Below are positions 9,198 to 19,786 of a stretch of 64,000 nt of DNA, in pieces (positions within the stretch are counted from its first letter, which is position 1; each line of letters starts with the position of its first letter). Source of the DNA: an uncultured bacterium (GTDB lineage: Bacteria > SAR324 > NAC60-12); NCBI GenBank assembly GCA_965662845.1, contig CBFIJD010000011.1, positions 10,002 through 74,001 on the forward strand, given 5' to 3'. The translations under genes and the position numbers were made by a program. Under the pieces are notes generated by a model. It was given only the letters and a program-made list of their open reading frames with translations. It did not search any database and was not told where the DNA came from.

Positions 9198-10016
9198 ATG
9201 CCAGAACTCCCCTCTGCCCTACAAAACGCTTGGCGACAAGCCGCGATCTCAGGACAAATCACAGCCCTCACGGGAGCCGGAATTTCCGCTGAGAGTGGCA
9301 TCCCCACATTTCGTGGGAAAGACGGCTATTGGACGGTCGGCTCCGCGGTGTACACTCCGACAGAAATGGCTACGATAGCGCGGTTTCGCGAGATCCCGTG
9401 GGACGTGTGGCACTGGTATCTTTATCGGTGCAACATCTGTCATAGCGCGAAGCCCAACGCAGGGCACGCGGCCCTCGTCGAATTAGAACAGCGCCTACAA
9501 GAGCGCTTCTGCCTGATCACCCAAAATGTGGACGGTTTGCACCTCGCCGCAGGCAGTTCTCCCGAACGAACCTATGAAATTCACGGCAATATCTCTTTTA
9601 TGCGCCGAGTGGATGAGGACAGGGCCCCGCTGGTGAGAATCCCCCCAGAGTGCCTCAAGGTCTCACAGGCAGAACCACTCTCCCAAGAAATCCGAAACCG
9701 GCTGCAAGATGCTGACGGCACTCTGATGCGTCCCCACGTGCTGTGGTTTGACGAATATTACAATGAGCATCACTTTCGGTTTCAGAGTTCGATTCAGCGG
9801 GCGCTGCAGACCGATGTGCTGGTGACGATCGGCACAACTGGAGCGACGAATCTTCCGCGTCAAATTGTTGCGCAGGTACTCGAGCGCGGCGGAACCGTGA
9901 TTGACATCAATCCGGAGGAGAACGTGTTTGCGACGATGGCGCAGCGGGAGGGTGGCTTTTTTCTGCAAGGAAGCAGCGGCGAGCTATTGCCGCGGTTGGT
10001 GGAGCTGCTCAAATAA
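9198..10016 (+). CDS. cobB: Sir2-family NAD-dependent protein deacylase (CobB-like)
   Basis: TGAGISAESGIPTFRG, TQNVDGLH, EIHGN, RPHVLWFDE and IGT motifs. Confidence 0.9.
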   Translation: MPELPSALQNAWRQAAISGQITALTGAGISAESGIPTFRGKDGYWTVGSAVYTPTEMATIARFREIPWDVWHWYLYRCNICHSAKPNAGHAALVELEQRLQERFCLITQNVDGLHLAAGSSPERTYEIHGNISFMRRVDEDRAPLVRIPPECLKVSQAEPLSQEIRNRLQDADGTLMRPHVLWFDEYYNEHHFRFQSSIQRALQTDVLVTIGTTGATNLPRQIVAQVLERGGTVIDINPEENVFATMAQREGGFFLQGSSGELLPRLVELLK

Positions 10017-10929
10017 GTTCGGCGAGCTGGCGCAGGCGTTTCTTCTCCAGTTCAGTTGCGAGATAGCGCGGCGCCCAAGCGACCAACTCTTTGACGTAAG
10101 ATTCTGGGAACCCTAGGTGCTGAGCGGCTTTCGTGAAGTAGGCAAGCTCAGAGTCTACAATGCGACCATCCACCGCCGCCACACGGATCAAAAGCAGCAA
10201 CAGCTCAAAGGCTTTAGAGCGCTCTACCTCGATCTCCGGAAGCTCGGCCTGCTGTCGTTTGCGCAACAAATCAGCGATCATTTCGGTTTCTTCATGGGCT
10301 TCCATCGACTTGAGGAGACTCTCCAACAATTCGGCTTCTTCTGATTCCACAATCCCGTCTGCCAGCACGATGCTGCCTGCCGCCGCTAAAAACCACTGCC
10401 GCTCCTGCTCGGTCAACGAAGAGAGAAACAAGCTGTCTTGATCGGTTTTGAGAGAACGCTGTGTGGTAATCATGCGGGAGGTGTTCATGACCAAGCGGCG
10501 ATGCAACCGTTGGTTGAGCGAGGTGATTTGATCGCTCATCCGATGAAGCGTGAGGTGGGTCGCGATGCGCATGCGGACTTCGTCTAGTTGCAGCGGTTTG
10601 GTGAGATAGTCTAACCCGCCCACTTCATAGCCTGTGCGTTTGTCTTCTGCTTCGCCCAGCGCCGTGAGAAAAATGACCGGAACTTCGCTCGTCAGCGGAT
10701 CTTCTTTGAGACGTTTGCAAGTGGTGTAGCCGTCAATGCCCGGCATCGTCACATCGATTAACATCAGTTCAGGTTGATGTTCACGTGCGAGATCCAGCCC
10801 CCGATAGCCGTTATTGGCAACCAAGACTTCATAGCCGTCGCTACGGAGCATGTTGGGTAACACGTCAGCGTCCTGCATGTTGTCATCCACAATCAAAATG
10901 CGTCCCTGATAGTTGATCGCGTTCGGCAT
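10009..10929 (-). CDS. response regulator: receiver domain fused to a C-terminal TerB-like domain
   Basis: ILIVDD, DVTMPGIDG, FLTA and YLTKP receiver motifs. C-terminal LADGIVESEE...AAVDGRIVDSE is a TerB-like pair. Confidence 0.8.
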   Translation of the reverse strand: MPNAINYQGRILIVDDNMQDADVLPNMLRSDGYEVLVANNGYRGLDLAREHQPELMLIDVTMPGIDGYTTCKRLKEDPLTSEVPVIFLTALGEAEDKRTGYEVGGLDYLTKPLQLDEVRMRIATHLTLHRMSDQITSLNQRLHRRLVMNTSRMITTQRSLKTDQDSLFLSSLTEQERQWFLAAAGSIVLADGIVESEEAELLESLLKSMEAHEETEMIADLLRKRQQAELPEIEVERSKAFELLLLLIRVAAVDGRIVDSELAYFTKAAQHLGFPESYVKELVAWAPRYLATELEKKRLRQLAELI

Positions 10930-10977
10930 AAGTTTTGTCTCAGAAAGGTAGGCTTAGCGGCGCGGAGAAGTGCGTGG

Positions 10978-12177
10978 CTAGCGCCATCGGGTTGGATATT
11001 TGCGTGGCTGCGCTCGCAGTTGAGAAGCAGTATCAGTAGCAAACCTCTTCGATAGGGCAAGGCGAATTTCCTGACGGACTGCTTCGGTGGGCTCGATGCG
11101 CAAGCGTTTTCGTAAGGCTTGCTGCGCTACGTTTTGACGAAACTTTCCAAGCGCCCATGCTGCGTGACCGCGCACCAGCTCCTCCGAGTCGTGCAACGCT
11201 TTGCACAAGACGGGCAGCGCTTGGGGATGTCGGGCGTTGCCGAGCGCCACGGCGACATTCCGCAGCAGACCACGGCGCTTGGTGCGTTTGACCGGGCTGT
11301 GCTGAAACATAGCTGAGAACTCGCTCTGCGTGAGCGTCATCCAGCGTCGTAAGTCTCGCTGTTGCACCACGGGACGGGCCTCCCAAATCGAGTCGGCGCT
11401 CAGCGGAGACTTGCGGTTCCACGGGCAGACTTCCTGGCAAACATCACACCCGAAGATCCAATTAGACATCGAAGAACGCAGCGCTTGTGGGATCGCTGTC
11501 TTGAGTTCAATCGTGAGATAAGAGATGCAGCGCCGAGCATCCACGGTGCGGTCGGCTACAATCGCCTGCGTAGGGCAGGCAGAGATGCAGCGGGTGCAGG
11601 AGCCACAGTCAATGCCTGCGAAAGGAGCCTCCGTGGGCAAGGCTCGGTCAATCAAAATCTCTGTCAAAAAGAGCCAAGATCCCAACTTTGGATGAATCAC
11701 ATTCGAGTGTTTGCCAAACCAGCCGAGCCCCGCTTTCCAAGCCATCTCTCGCTCTAAAATGGGGCCAGTGTCGACATACACGCGTGTGCCCTCATACTCG
11801 TGAGCAAAGGCGCTGTTCAAAAGAAACTGCCGCATTTGCTCCAAGCGCTCGCGCAAGATGAGATGATAGTCAGCGCCGTGGGCGTAGCGACTGAATTTTC
11901 CTTGCAGGCTGGAGCGCTTGGCGATGGCCGTGTTGTGCCCTCGGTTGTAGTTGCAAGCGAGGACAATCACCGTGAGCGCGGAGGGCACAATCCGCCGTGG
12001 GTCGGCCTTCTGTTCTGCGTGACGGCGCAAATATTCCATGGCGCCAGCGTGTCCTTGTTCCAGCCAGCGCTCATAGTGGGCAAGGGTTTGGCTGGGTTCG
12101 ACCGGCGCAAAGCCACACCAGTCAAAGCCCAACGCCGAGGCTTGCTGCCGAATCGCTTCTGGGGCTGTTAGCTCCAT
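10978..12177 (-). CDS. queG: tRNA epoxyqueuosine(34) reductase
   Basis: YVDTGPILER, AGLGWFGK, CGSCTRCISACPT, CISYLTIE, GCDVCQEVCPWN and a C-terminal HEAT repeat. ORF is open to 12210. Confidence 0.95.
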   Translation of the reverse strand: MELTAPEAIRQQASALGFDWCGFAPVEPSQTLAHYERWLEQGHAGAMEYLRRHAEQKADPRRIVPSALTVIVLACNYNRGHNTAIAKRSSLQGKFSRYAHGADYHLILRERLEQMRQFLLNSAFAHEYEGTRVYVDTGPILEREMAWKAGLGWFGKHSNVIHPKLGSWLFLTEILIDRALPTEAPFAGIDCGSCTRCISACPTQAIVADRTVDARRCISYLTIELKTAIPQALRSSMSNWIFGCDVCQEVCPWNRKSPLSADSIWEARPVVQQRDLRRWMTLTQSEFSAMFQHSPVKRTKRRGLLRNVAVALGNARHPQALPVLCKALHDSEELVRGHAAWALGKFRQNVAQQALRKRLRIEPTEAVRQEIRLALSKRFATDTASQLRAQPRKYPTRWR

Positions 12178-12210
12178 TCTTCTCGTTGAGCCGTTCTCTT
12201 TGGAATCCAT

Positions 12211-13383
12211 ATGTTCACGTGGTTAGATGCTCTGTTTTCTGTATCGCTGGCGATGGGTTGTGTGGCGTGGTGGGGCCTCGGCTGGTGCGTCAACCGGTGC
12301 TGGCAAATCATCCCTGCTTTGTGCGATCAAACTCTTGAACCTCGGACCCACTGGCCACGCCTGAGTGTCGTCGTTCCGGCGCGGGACGAAGCGGCGACCT
12401 TGCGAGAGGCGATGCGCTCGTTACAAGCATCGACCTATCCCAACTTGGAGCTGATTTTGGTAAATGACCGCTCCACAGATGCGACAGGGGCCATGATGGA
12501 AGAGCTGGCTGCTGCAGATGAACGCATACGGGTGCAGCATGTCACAGCGCTGCCCGCAGGCTGGTTGGGGAAGGTACACGCTTTGGAGGTCGGACGCCAA
12601 CAAGCGAGTGGCGAATGGCTGGTGTTCACGGATGCCGATGTGCACTTTGCACCCGATGCGCTGAGCAAAGCCGTGTGTTGGGCCGAGCGCCAGGAGCGCG
12701 ATTTTGTGTCTGTCATTCCCGAAGTGCTGGCGCCAAGTGCGTTGCACCGCAGCGTATACACGTTCCTGTTGAGCGGGTTCTTCTTAGGAACCCGAGCTTG
12801 GCAAGTCAACGCAGATCAGAGCTTTGTGGGCGCCGGCGCCTTTGGGATGGTTCGGCGAGAGCTGCTGGAGCGTTCGCCCGGTTTTGCCTGGCTGCGTTTA
12901 GAAGTCTTGGATGACATTGGCTTAGCCCAGACGATGTTTCAGGAGGGGGCTCGGTGCGGCGTTTTGTGGGGACGCCCGGCGATCTCGCTGGAGTGGTATC
13001 CTTCGATTCTCAAGCTGTTGCAGGGGCTGGAAAAAAATCTGTTCGCTGCGGCCTGTCAATATCGCTATGAGCGCGCCGTGGGCGTGATTGTGTTGACGCT
13101 GTGGATCGGCATCGCCCCATGGCTTGCGCTGGCGAGTGGTGGGGGATGGGGGGTGTTGGGGCTCTCGGCGCTCGTCAGCTATGGCTGGTCTTGGCGCAAA
13201 GGAGATTTGGTGCAGCGTGCCACATGGCGAGAACGCGCCCTGAGTCTGTTGTTATTCCCGATGTTCCCGCTTGCGTTAGGGCTCTCTGTGAGGGCTTGCT
13301 GGCGCCATGATGGCGTTGTCTGGCGTGGGACGCGTTACGCCTTGTCATCCTTGCGACGTGGCCGGCGTCTGCAGCTGTGGTAA
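12211..13383 (+). CDS. family 2 glycosyltransferase (membrane-bound)
   Basis: SVVVPARDE, NDRSTDAT, GWLGK and FTDAD (DxD). C-terminal TMs and WRG. Start uncertain. Confidence 0.85.
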   Translation: MFTWLDALFSVSLAMGCVAWWGLGWCVNRCWQIIPALCDQTLEPRTHWPRLSVVVPARDEAATLREAMRSLQASTYPNLELILVNDRSTDATGAMMEELAAADERIRVQHVTALPAGWLGKVHALEVGRQQASGEWLVFTDADVHFAPDALSKAVCWAERQERDFVSVIPEVLAPSALHRSVYTFLLSGFFLGTRAWQVNADQSFVGAGAFGMVRRELLERSPGFAWLRLEVLDDIGLAQTMFQEGARCGVLWGRPAISLEWYPSILKLLQGLEKNLFAAACQYRYERAVGVIVLTLWIGIAPWLALASGGGWGVLGLSALVSYGWSWRKGDLVQRATWRERALSLLLFPMFPLALGLSVRACWRHDGVVWRGTRYALSSLRRGRRLQLW

Positions 13384-13444
13384 ACCGCTGCCCCTTCTTC
13401 CTTCCCCTTTGAGTAATTTGACCAATCTTTGACGGAGCTTCTCT

Positions 13445-13804
13445 GTGATCCAAGGTCTTGACCATGTGAACGTGCGCACCATCAATCTGGAAGCGACAGT
13501 ACAGTTTTATCAAGAACTCCTTGAGTTGCAGACGGGGCCTCGCCCTCCGCTAGCTTCTGCAGGAGTGTGGCTCTACGCGGGAGAGAAACCGCTGATTCAT
13601 GTGAGCGTCGTGTCAGAGCTTCCGACAGGCGAGAGCGCGTTGAATCACTTTGCGCTGTTGATTACCGATTACGATGCGATGCGAAGACGGTTGCTCGACC
13701 ACCATTTGTCTTTTCAGGAGGTGGAGACCCCCGCTTGGGGGATGCGCCAAATCTTTGTGCAGGATCCGAACGGTGTGCGGATTGAACTACAGGCGAGAGA
13801 GTGA
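13445..13804 (+). CDS. VOC/glyoxalase-family protein
   Basis: LDHVNV...FY..LL, NHFAL and QIFVQDPNGVRIEL. Confidence 0.85.
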   Translation: MIQGLDHVNVRTINLEATVQFYQELLELQTGPRPPLASAGVWLYAGEKPLIHVSVVSELPTGESALNHFALLITDYDAMRRRLLDHHLSFQEVETPAWGMRQIFVQDPNGVRIELQARE

Positions 13805-13864
13805 TCGAGACCGGTGGAGAAGTGCCCCTCCCCAAGAGAGGGTGGGGGCGTAGATCGGGGAGAG

Positions 13865-15553
13865 TTAGTTCGGCAGGAGGTTTGTGCCCGTGAAGTTGTC
13901 TTGCTCAGAAAGAATGTGGAACTGGCGCACTTGATGCGACATAAAATCGGCTTGTTCCTTGAGTGTGTTGCTTGCCATCGTCGTTTGCCCCACACCGAAC
14001 TGCGTCTGTTGGATCCCATCATTGAGTTGCTTCAGCCCCAGATAGATCTCCTCGGCTCCTTTGGCCTGCTGCCCGCTCGCTTCGGAAATGTTGCGGACCA
14101 CGCTGCCGACTTTCTCCATTCCTTCCACAATGGTGCGCAGTTGATCTGAGGTCTCATCGGAGAGCTTCACGCCTCGTTCGATGGAAGACACGGACTTTTG
14201 CACCAGCTCGGTGATCTCGTGCGCCGCTTGTGCGCTGTGCTGGGCGAGTGCGCGCACCTCTTCGGCCACCACTGCGAAGCCTTTGCCGTGTTCTCCTGCG
14301 CGAGCCGCTTCTACAGAGGCGTTGATGGCAAGCACGTTGGTTTGAAAGGCGATTTCTTCGATCGTCTTGATGATGCGCGAAATGTTCTCGGAGTTGTTCT
14401 GAATCTCGTGTACGGCTTCGACCATCTGGTTCATTTGCTGCTGCCCTTGTTCGGCTTTGCGTTGGGCGTCGGTGGCGAGTTCGTCTGCTTCTGAGGAATA
14501 GTCCGAGTTTTGTTGGGCTTGTTCTGAGATCTCGCGCATGGAAGCGGAGATCTCTTCCAGACTGGCAGCCTGGGTTGTTGAGGCCTGTTCGAGTTGTTGG
14601 CTGGACTGCAGCAAGCTCACCGCGCTGCTGTTGAACTCTTCGCTGTGATGCTGAATGTTGCGGATGATCTGGGTGAGGCTCTGGTTGGTTTGACGAAGAT
14701 AGTCGCGAATCACACCACGCGCTTCAAAAGTGAAGTCTCCCGAAGACAGGCGTGAGAACGCGGCGAGGACGTCATCTTGAAGATTTGCGGCGAGGCGATC
14801 AACGGCTTTCGCGACCTGCCCGACTTCGTCTTGGGACTCAATCTCTGTGCGCTTGTCGAGCTGGCCACGGTCGATGCTGGTCACGACATCGAGCACTTTG
14901 CGCAAGGGACGAGAGACTTGGAACGCGTTGAACACGGCGAAGCCCATCGCGGCGACGCTCAACAACCCGATGACGACTCCGAGCCATGTGAGCGAATCAA
15001 TAATCGCTGCGTCTGGCGTGTCGGCTGTGTAGACGCCGTATGTGAGCGTCCAGCCCCACGGAGCGAAGTAGCGCCCATAGCTCAGCTTCTCATGCAAGCC
15101 GTCTATACCGGGCTTGTTCCACATGTAGTACAAGAACCCCTCCCCCTCATTCCTAGCCATACGGGTCAAGTCCGCTACGATGCGTACGCCGTTCTCATCT
15201 TTGAGGTTGCTGAGGTTCTTGCCTACTAAGCTGGGTTGAGCTGGGTGGATGACCATGTTCATGTCTTGATCAGTGACAAAAACATAAGATTGCCGGTAGC
15301 GGAAGTTGTTGATGATCTGCGTGGCTTGACGCTTTGCCTCTTCGTCGGTGATCGTGCCGCTGCGCACTTGAGAAACAAGCTGGTCAAGTACGGCACTTAA
15401 CTGCAGCACAGGGATGCGCAAATTCTCTTTTTGGGATTCTTCGGTCTCATCCAAGATGAGCGGCAGACCAATGCCGAAAAAGCCGATGAGCGGCAGCAGC
15501 AAGGTCAAGGATGCGATGACCATGATTTTGTTGAAGATGCTCAGGTTCTTCAC
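13865..15553 (-). CDS. methyl-accepting chemotaxis protein with periplasmic Cache_2-type sensor and HAMP
   Basis: TM, Cache (MVIHP, DENG, GFLYYMWNKPG), TM, HAMP (DEVGQVA). Signalling hairpin IAFQTNVLAINASVEAARAGEHGKGFAVVAEEVR. Confidence 0.93.
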   Translation of the reverse strand: MKNLSIFNKIMVIASLTLLLPLIGFFGIGLPLILDETEESQKENLRIPVLQLSAVLDQLVSQVRSGTITDEEAKRQATQIINNFRYRQSYVFVTDQDMNMVIHPAQPSLVGKNLSNLKDENGVRIVADLTRMARNEGEGFLYYMWNKPGIDGLHEKLSYGRYFAPWGWTLTYGVYTADTPDAAIIDSLTWLGVVIGLLSVAAMGFAVFNAFQVSRPLRKVLDVVTSIDRGQLDKRTEIESQDEVGQVAKAVDRLAANLQDDVLAAFSRLSSGDFTFEARGVIRDYLRQTNQSLTQIIRNIQHHSEEFNSSAVSLLQSSQQLEQASTTQAASLEEISASMREISEQAQQNSDYSSEADELATDAQRKAEQGQQQMNQMVEAVHEIQNNSENISRIIKTIEEIAFQTNVLAINASVEAARAGEHGKGFAVVAEEVRALAQHSAQAAHEITELVQKSVSSIERGVKLSDETSDQLRTIVEGMEKVGSVVRNISEASGQQAKGAEEIYLGLKQLNDGIQQTQFGVGQTTMASNTLKEQADFMSHQVRQFHILSEQDNFTGTNLLPN

Positions 15554-16017
15554 GATTTCCTTTCCCCGTCAGGGTGTTTGGAGGGGGTTTAGTGACAGAT
15601 GACGTCTTGTCTAAGCTTTCGTAAGTTGCGAAGCAAATCGGGGCACAACTATGAAAATAATGCTCAAAAAGCAAGCTGCATTCTTTGTAAAGATTGCTGT
15701 GAAAAGTCTCTAAAATAAATCCAAAAACGAGCAGAAATTTGATTTTAACTAAGCTCTAACACTATCCTAACTATTCGCTAACAAACGGGAGCCTTGGGGA
15801 GGAAACAACGCGGTCTTTCTCCAGCTTAGTCTCTGACTGGATATACAGAGAAAAAACGATAACAGCACAATGGAATTGTCATCCCTCTGCAACTGTGCCA
15901 GATTCTTCGGCTTTGATGTCGCCCTGCCTCGCAAAAGGATGGCCGACAGCTACGCTGTGTTTCTGTCTGTAAAATGAGATATTTTGTGCTTCAACCACAT
16001 CTTACGGATTCTTTGTT

Positions 16018-16461
16018 ATGAACCCTCAAGAGATTTGCGTACAACTGACCAAAGACAAGCACCTTGCGCATTGGACGCCTGACGAATGGAAGGCGCTATT
16101 GCGCGTGTTGTATGGTCTTTACAAAGCGGATGGGAATGTGTCTGAGGAAGAGATGCAGGACTTGCAGCACCGCATGGCGATCATGGGGATAGAAGCGGGG
16201 CACTGGGAGCGGCTGACCCTGAAGCAGGCTTTGATGGTGCTGAAGGAAGACAAAGCCAAGCACGAGCTGATGTATTTGATTTTAGCGACCGCAGTCTTTC
16301 AGGACGGACGCTACACAGATGAGGAACAAGATTATTTGGAGCGACTGATCGAGGAATACGGGCTCAGCCGAACGCGCATGGATCGTCATTTACGAGCCGT
16401 GCAGGCGACGCATGTCTCAACCCTGCTTGAAGAGTGGCTGAAAGAGCACACCCCGAGCTAG
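16018..16461 (+). CDS. TerB-like protein
   Basis: Two helical repeats with KADGNVSEEE and FQDGRYTDEE motifs. Confidence 0.65.
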   Translation: MNPQEICVQLTKDKHLAHWTPDEWKALLRVLYGLYKADGNVSEEEMQDLQHRMAIMGIEAGHWERLTLKQALMVLKEDKAKHELMYLILATAVFQDGRYTDEEQDYLERLIEEYGLSRTRMDRHLRAVQATHVSTLLEEWLKEHTPS

Positions 16462-17372
16462 GAGCCTTGCAGCTGGCGGAACTGCGCGCGGTGAAAAAAG
16501 GTGATGGGAATGAGTAAGAAGCCGAGCATCACCATGGCAACCGCCGAGGCAATCGGCCAGTCGCGATTATTGAAGAATTCCTGCCACAAGACCTTCCCAA
16601 TCATCAACGTCCCTGGCCCACCCAACAGCTCGGGGATCACAAACTCCCCCACAGCTGGAATGAAAACTAATAAAGATCCCGCGATGATGCCCGAACGGCT
16701 CAACGGTAGCGTGACTCGCACAAACACTTTCCAAGGCCGAGCGCCCAAGTCAGCTGCCGCTTCCAGCAGCGTCGTGTCAAGCTTGACAAGGTTTGTGTAT
16801 AGGGGCAGCACCATGAACGGCAGATAGGCATAAACAATCCCCAGATAAACCGCGAACTCTGTGTGCAAAAGCTGCAGCGGCTCCTCAAGCACGCCGAGCC
16901 AGAGGAGTAGGTTGTTGAGTAGTCCGTTATTTTTGAGGATGCCAATCCACGCGTAAATCCGGATGAGAAAAGACGTCCACGACGGCAAGATAATCGCCAG
17001 CAACCAGATGTTGCGAGAGTTCGGAGGCATACGGGCAATGGCATAAGCCATCGGATAGCCCAACAACAAGCACAGGAAGGTGGAGATGGCAGCGACCTTG
17101 ACCGAGTTGAGATAGGCCAACAGATAAAGCGGATCGCTGAGCAAAAATTGATAGTTGCCCAGCTGCAATGTGACACGTAACGCAGAGCCGTCCCACTGCC
17201 ACAGCTCGGTGAATGGAGGCAAAGCGATCTCGGCCATTGCCAAGCTGATCTTGAGGACAAAGCCGAAGGGCACCAGCAGAAACAACAACAGCCACCCATA
17301 GGGGATGCTGATCAGCAGTCGTTTGCCGCTGGGAATCCAGTGGCGAGGTTGTAACCAAAGGGGAGCTTTCAT
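16458..17372 (-). CDS. potH: putrescine ABC transporter permease PotH-like
   Basis: PSWTSFLIRIYAW, EAA motif LLEAAADLGA, FFNNRDWP. ATGA overlap with potG. Confidence 0.9.
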   Translation of the reverse strand: MKAPLWLQPRHWIPSGKRLLISIPYGWLLLFLLVPFGFVLKISLAMAEIALPPFTELWQWDGSALRVTLQLGNYQFLLSDPLYLLAYLNSVKVAAISTFLCLLLGYPMAYAIARMPPNSRNIWLLAIILPSWTSFLIRIYAWIGILKNNGLLNNLLLWLGVLEEPLQLLHTEFAVYLGIVYAYLPFMVLPLYTNLVKLDTTLLEAAADLGARPWKVFVRVTLPLSRSGIIAGSLLVFIPAVGEFVIPELLGGPGTLMIGKVLWQEFFNNRDWPIASAVAMVMLGFLLIPITFFHRAQFRQLQGS

Positions 17373-18475
17373 TGCGTCAAGACCACACCGCTGTTGGGTT
17401 GCCAGTGCAGATACACGGTGTCTTCCCAAGTTGGAGGTTCCGCCCAGCGCTCAAGGTTTTGGACGAGCGCTCGCACGATTTTTCCCGTCGCCAATTGGAC
17501 GTGGTAGATCGAGTGGCTGCCCAAGTAGGCGATGTCATGCACGATGCCTTGCGCGAAGTTGTACTTTGTGTCCTCTGGAGGTTCGGTCGAAAGCGCGGTC
17601 TTCTCAGGCCGCAACGCAATCCACACGGGCATGCCTTCGACCCCTGTGATGCCATGGTCGACATAAATCTCTGTTGGGAACTCAGGAGACGTCACGATGA
17701 CATGATCGGGTTCATCCACCGTCAGAGTCCCCGCCAGCAGATTGACCGATCCAATGAACTCAGCAGTGAAGCGACAGTTGGGGGTCTCATACACATCACG
17801 TGGTGTGCCCACTTGCAGCAGACGACCGTCGTTCATGATCCCGATGCGGGTCGCCATCGTCATCGCTTCTTCTTGATCATGCGTGACCATGATGCATGTT
17901 GCGCCCACGCCTTCCAAGATATCTACGACTTCTAGCTGCATTCGCTCGCGCAACTTTTTGTCGAGAGCCCCCATGGGTTCATCGAGGAGCAGCAGCTTGG
18001 GGCGTTTCGCCAGAATACGCGCCAGCGCGATGCGCTGCTTTTGCCCGCCCGAGAGCTGGTCGGGGCGACGCGCGGCGAATTTTCCCATCTGCACAAGCTC
18101 TAGGGATTCGGCAACGCGCTGCTTGATCTCAGGCTGTGGCAGCTTCTCTTGTTCCAAGCCAAAGGCGACGTTTTTCGCGACGCTCAAGTGGGGAAATAAG
18201 GCGTAAGACTGAAACATCATGTTCACAGGGCGCAGGTGCGGCGGAATCCCAGACATGTCGAGTCCATCAATCTGGATCTTGCCTGCGGTTGGAATTTCGA
18301 GCCCGGCGAGCATGCGCAACAGCGTGGATTTGCCGCATCCTGAACTCCCGAGCAACGCGAAAATCTCCCCCTTGTGAACCTCCAAATCCACGGTTTCGAC
18401 GACCGTTTGACCATCAAAGCTTTTGCTGATTTTTTGCACTTGAACGTAAGGCGGAGGGGGCTCTTGCGACGACAT
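17369..18475 (-). CDS. potG: putrescine ABC transporter ATP-binding protein
   Basis: GSSGCGKST, NMMFQSYALFPH, LSGGQ, LLLDEP and C-terminal TOBE. Confidence 0.92.
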   Translation of the reverse strand: MSSQEPPPPYVQVQKISKSFDGQTVVETVDLEVHKGEIFALLGSSGCGKSTLLRMLAGLEIPTAGKIQIDGLDMSGIPPHLRPVNMMFQSYALFPHLSVAKNVAFGLEQEKLPQPEIKQRVAESLELVQMGKFAARRPDQLSGGQKQRIALARILAKRPKLLLLDEPMGALDKKLRERMQLEVVDILEGVGATCIMVTHDQEEAMTMATRIGIMNDGRLLQVGTPRDVYETPNCRFTAEFIGSVNLLAGTLTVDEPDHVIVTSPEFPTEIYVDHGITGVEGMPVWIALRPEKTALSTEPPEDTKYNFAQGIVHDIAYLGSHSIYHVQLATGKIVRALVQNLERWAEPPTWEDTVYLHWQPNSGVVLTQ

Positions 18476-18541
18476 AAAGCTGCATGTAACGAGAGGGAAG
18501 AGCGCTCCGGCAAGGAACCGGAGCAGAGTGGGAACCGTGGC

Positions 18542-19711
<1,170 letters not shown>

Positions 19712-19786
19712 CTAAGATCTTTCCCTAAATCTACAAGGGAATCTTTTCAGACCTTTGCAAGGCTGTGGGAGAGGGAGGAGGGAGGC

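Noticed and set aside
9198-10016. Sir2 anti-phage defence system (Thoeris/DSR/Sir2-HerA)
   Set aside because: The sequence is a canonical CobB-type deacylase (GIPTFRG, YxxR), not a SIR2_2 NADase, and has no defence partners.
15554-16017. riboswitch/ncRNA or sigma28 promoter in the long AT-rich gap upstream of the MCP
   Set aside because: No recognisable riboswitch consensus or TAAA-N15-GCCGATAA found by eye. Best explained as divergent promoters. An Rfam scan would be decisive.
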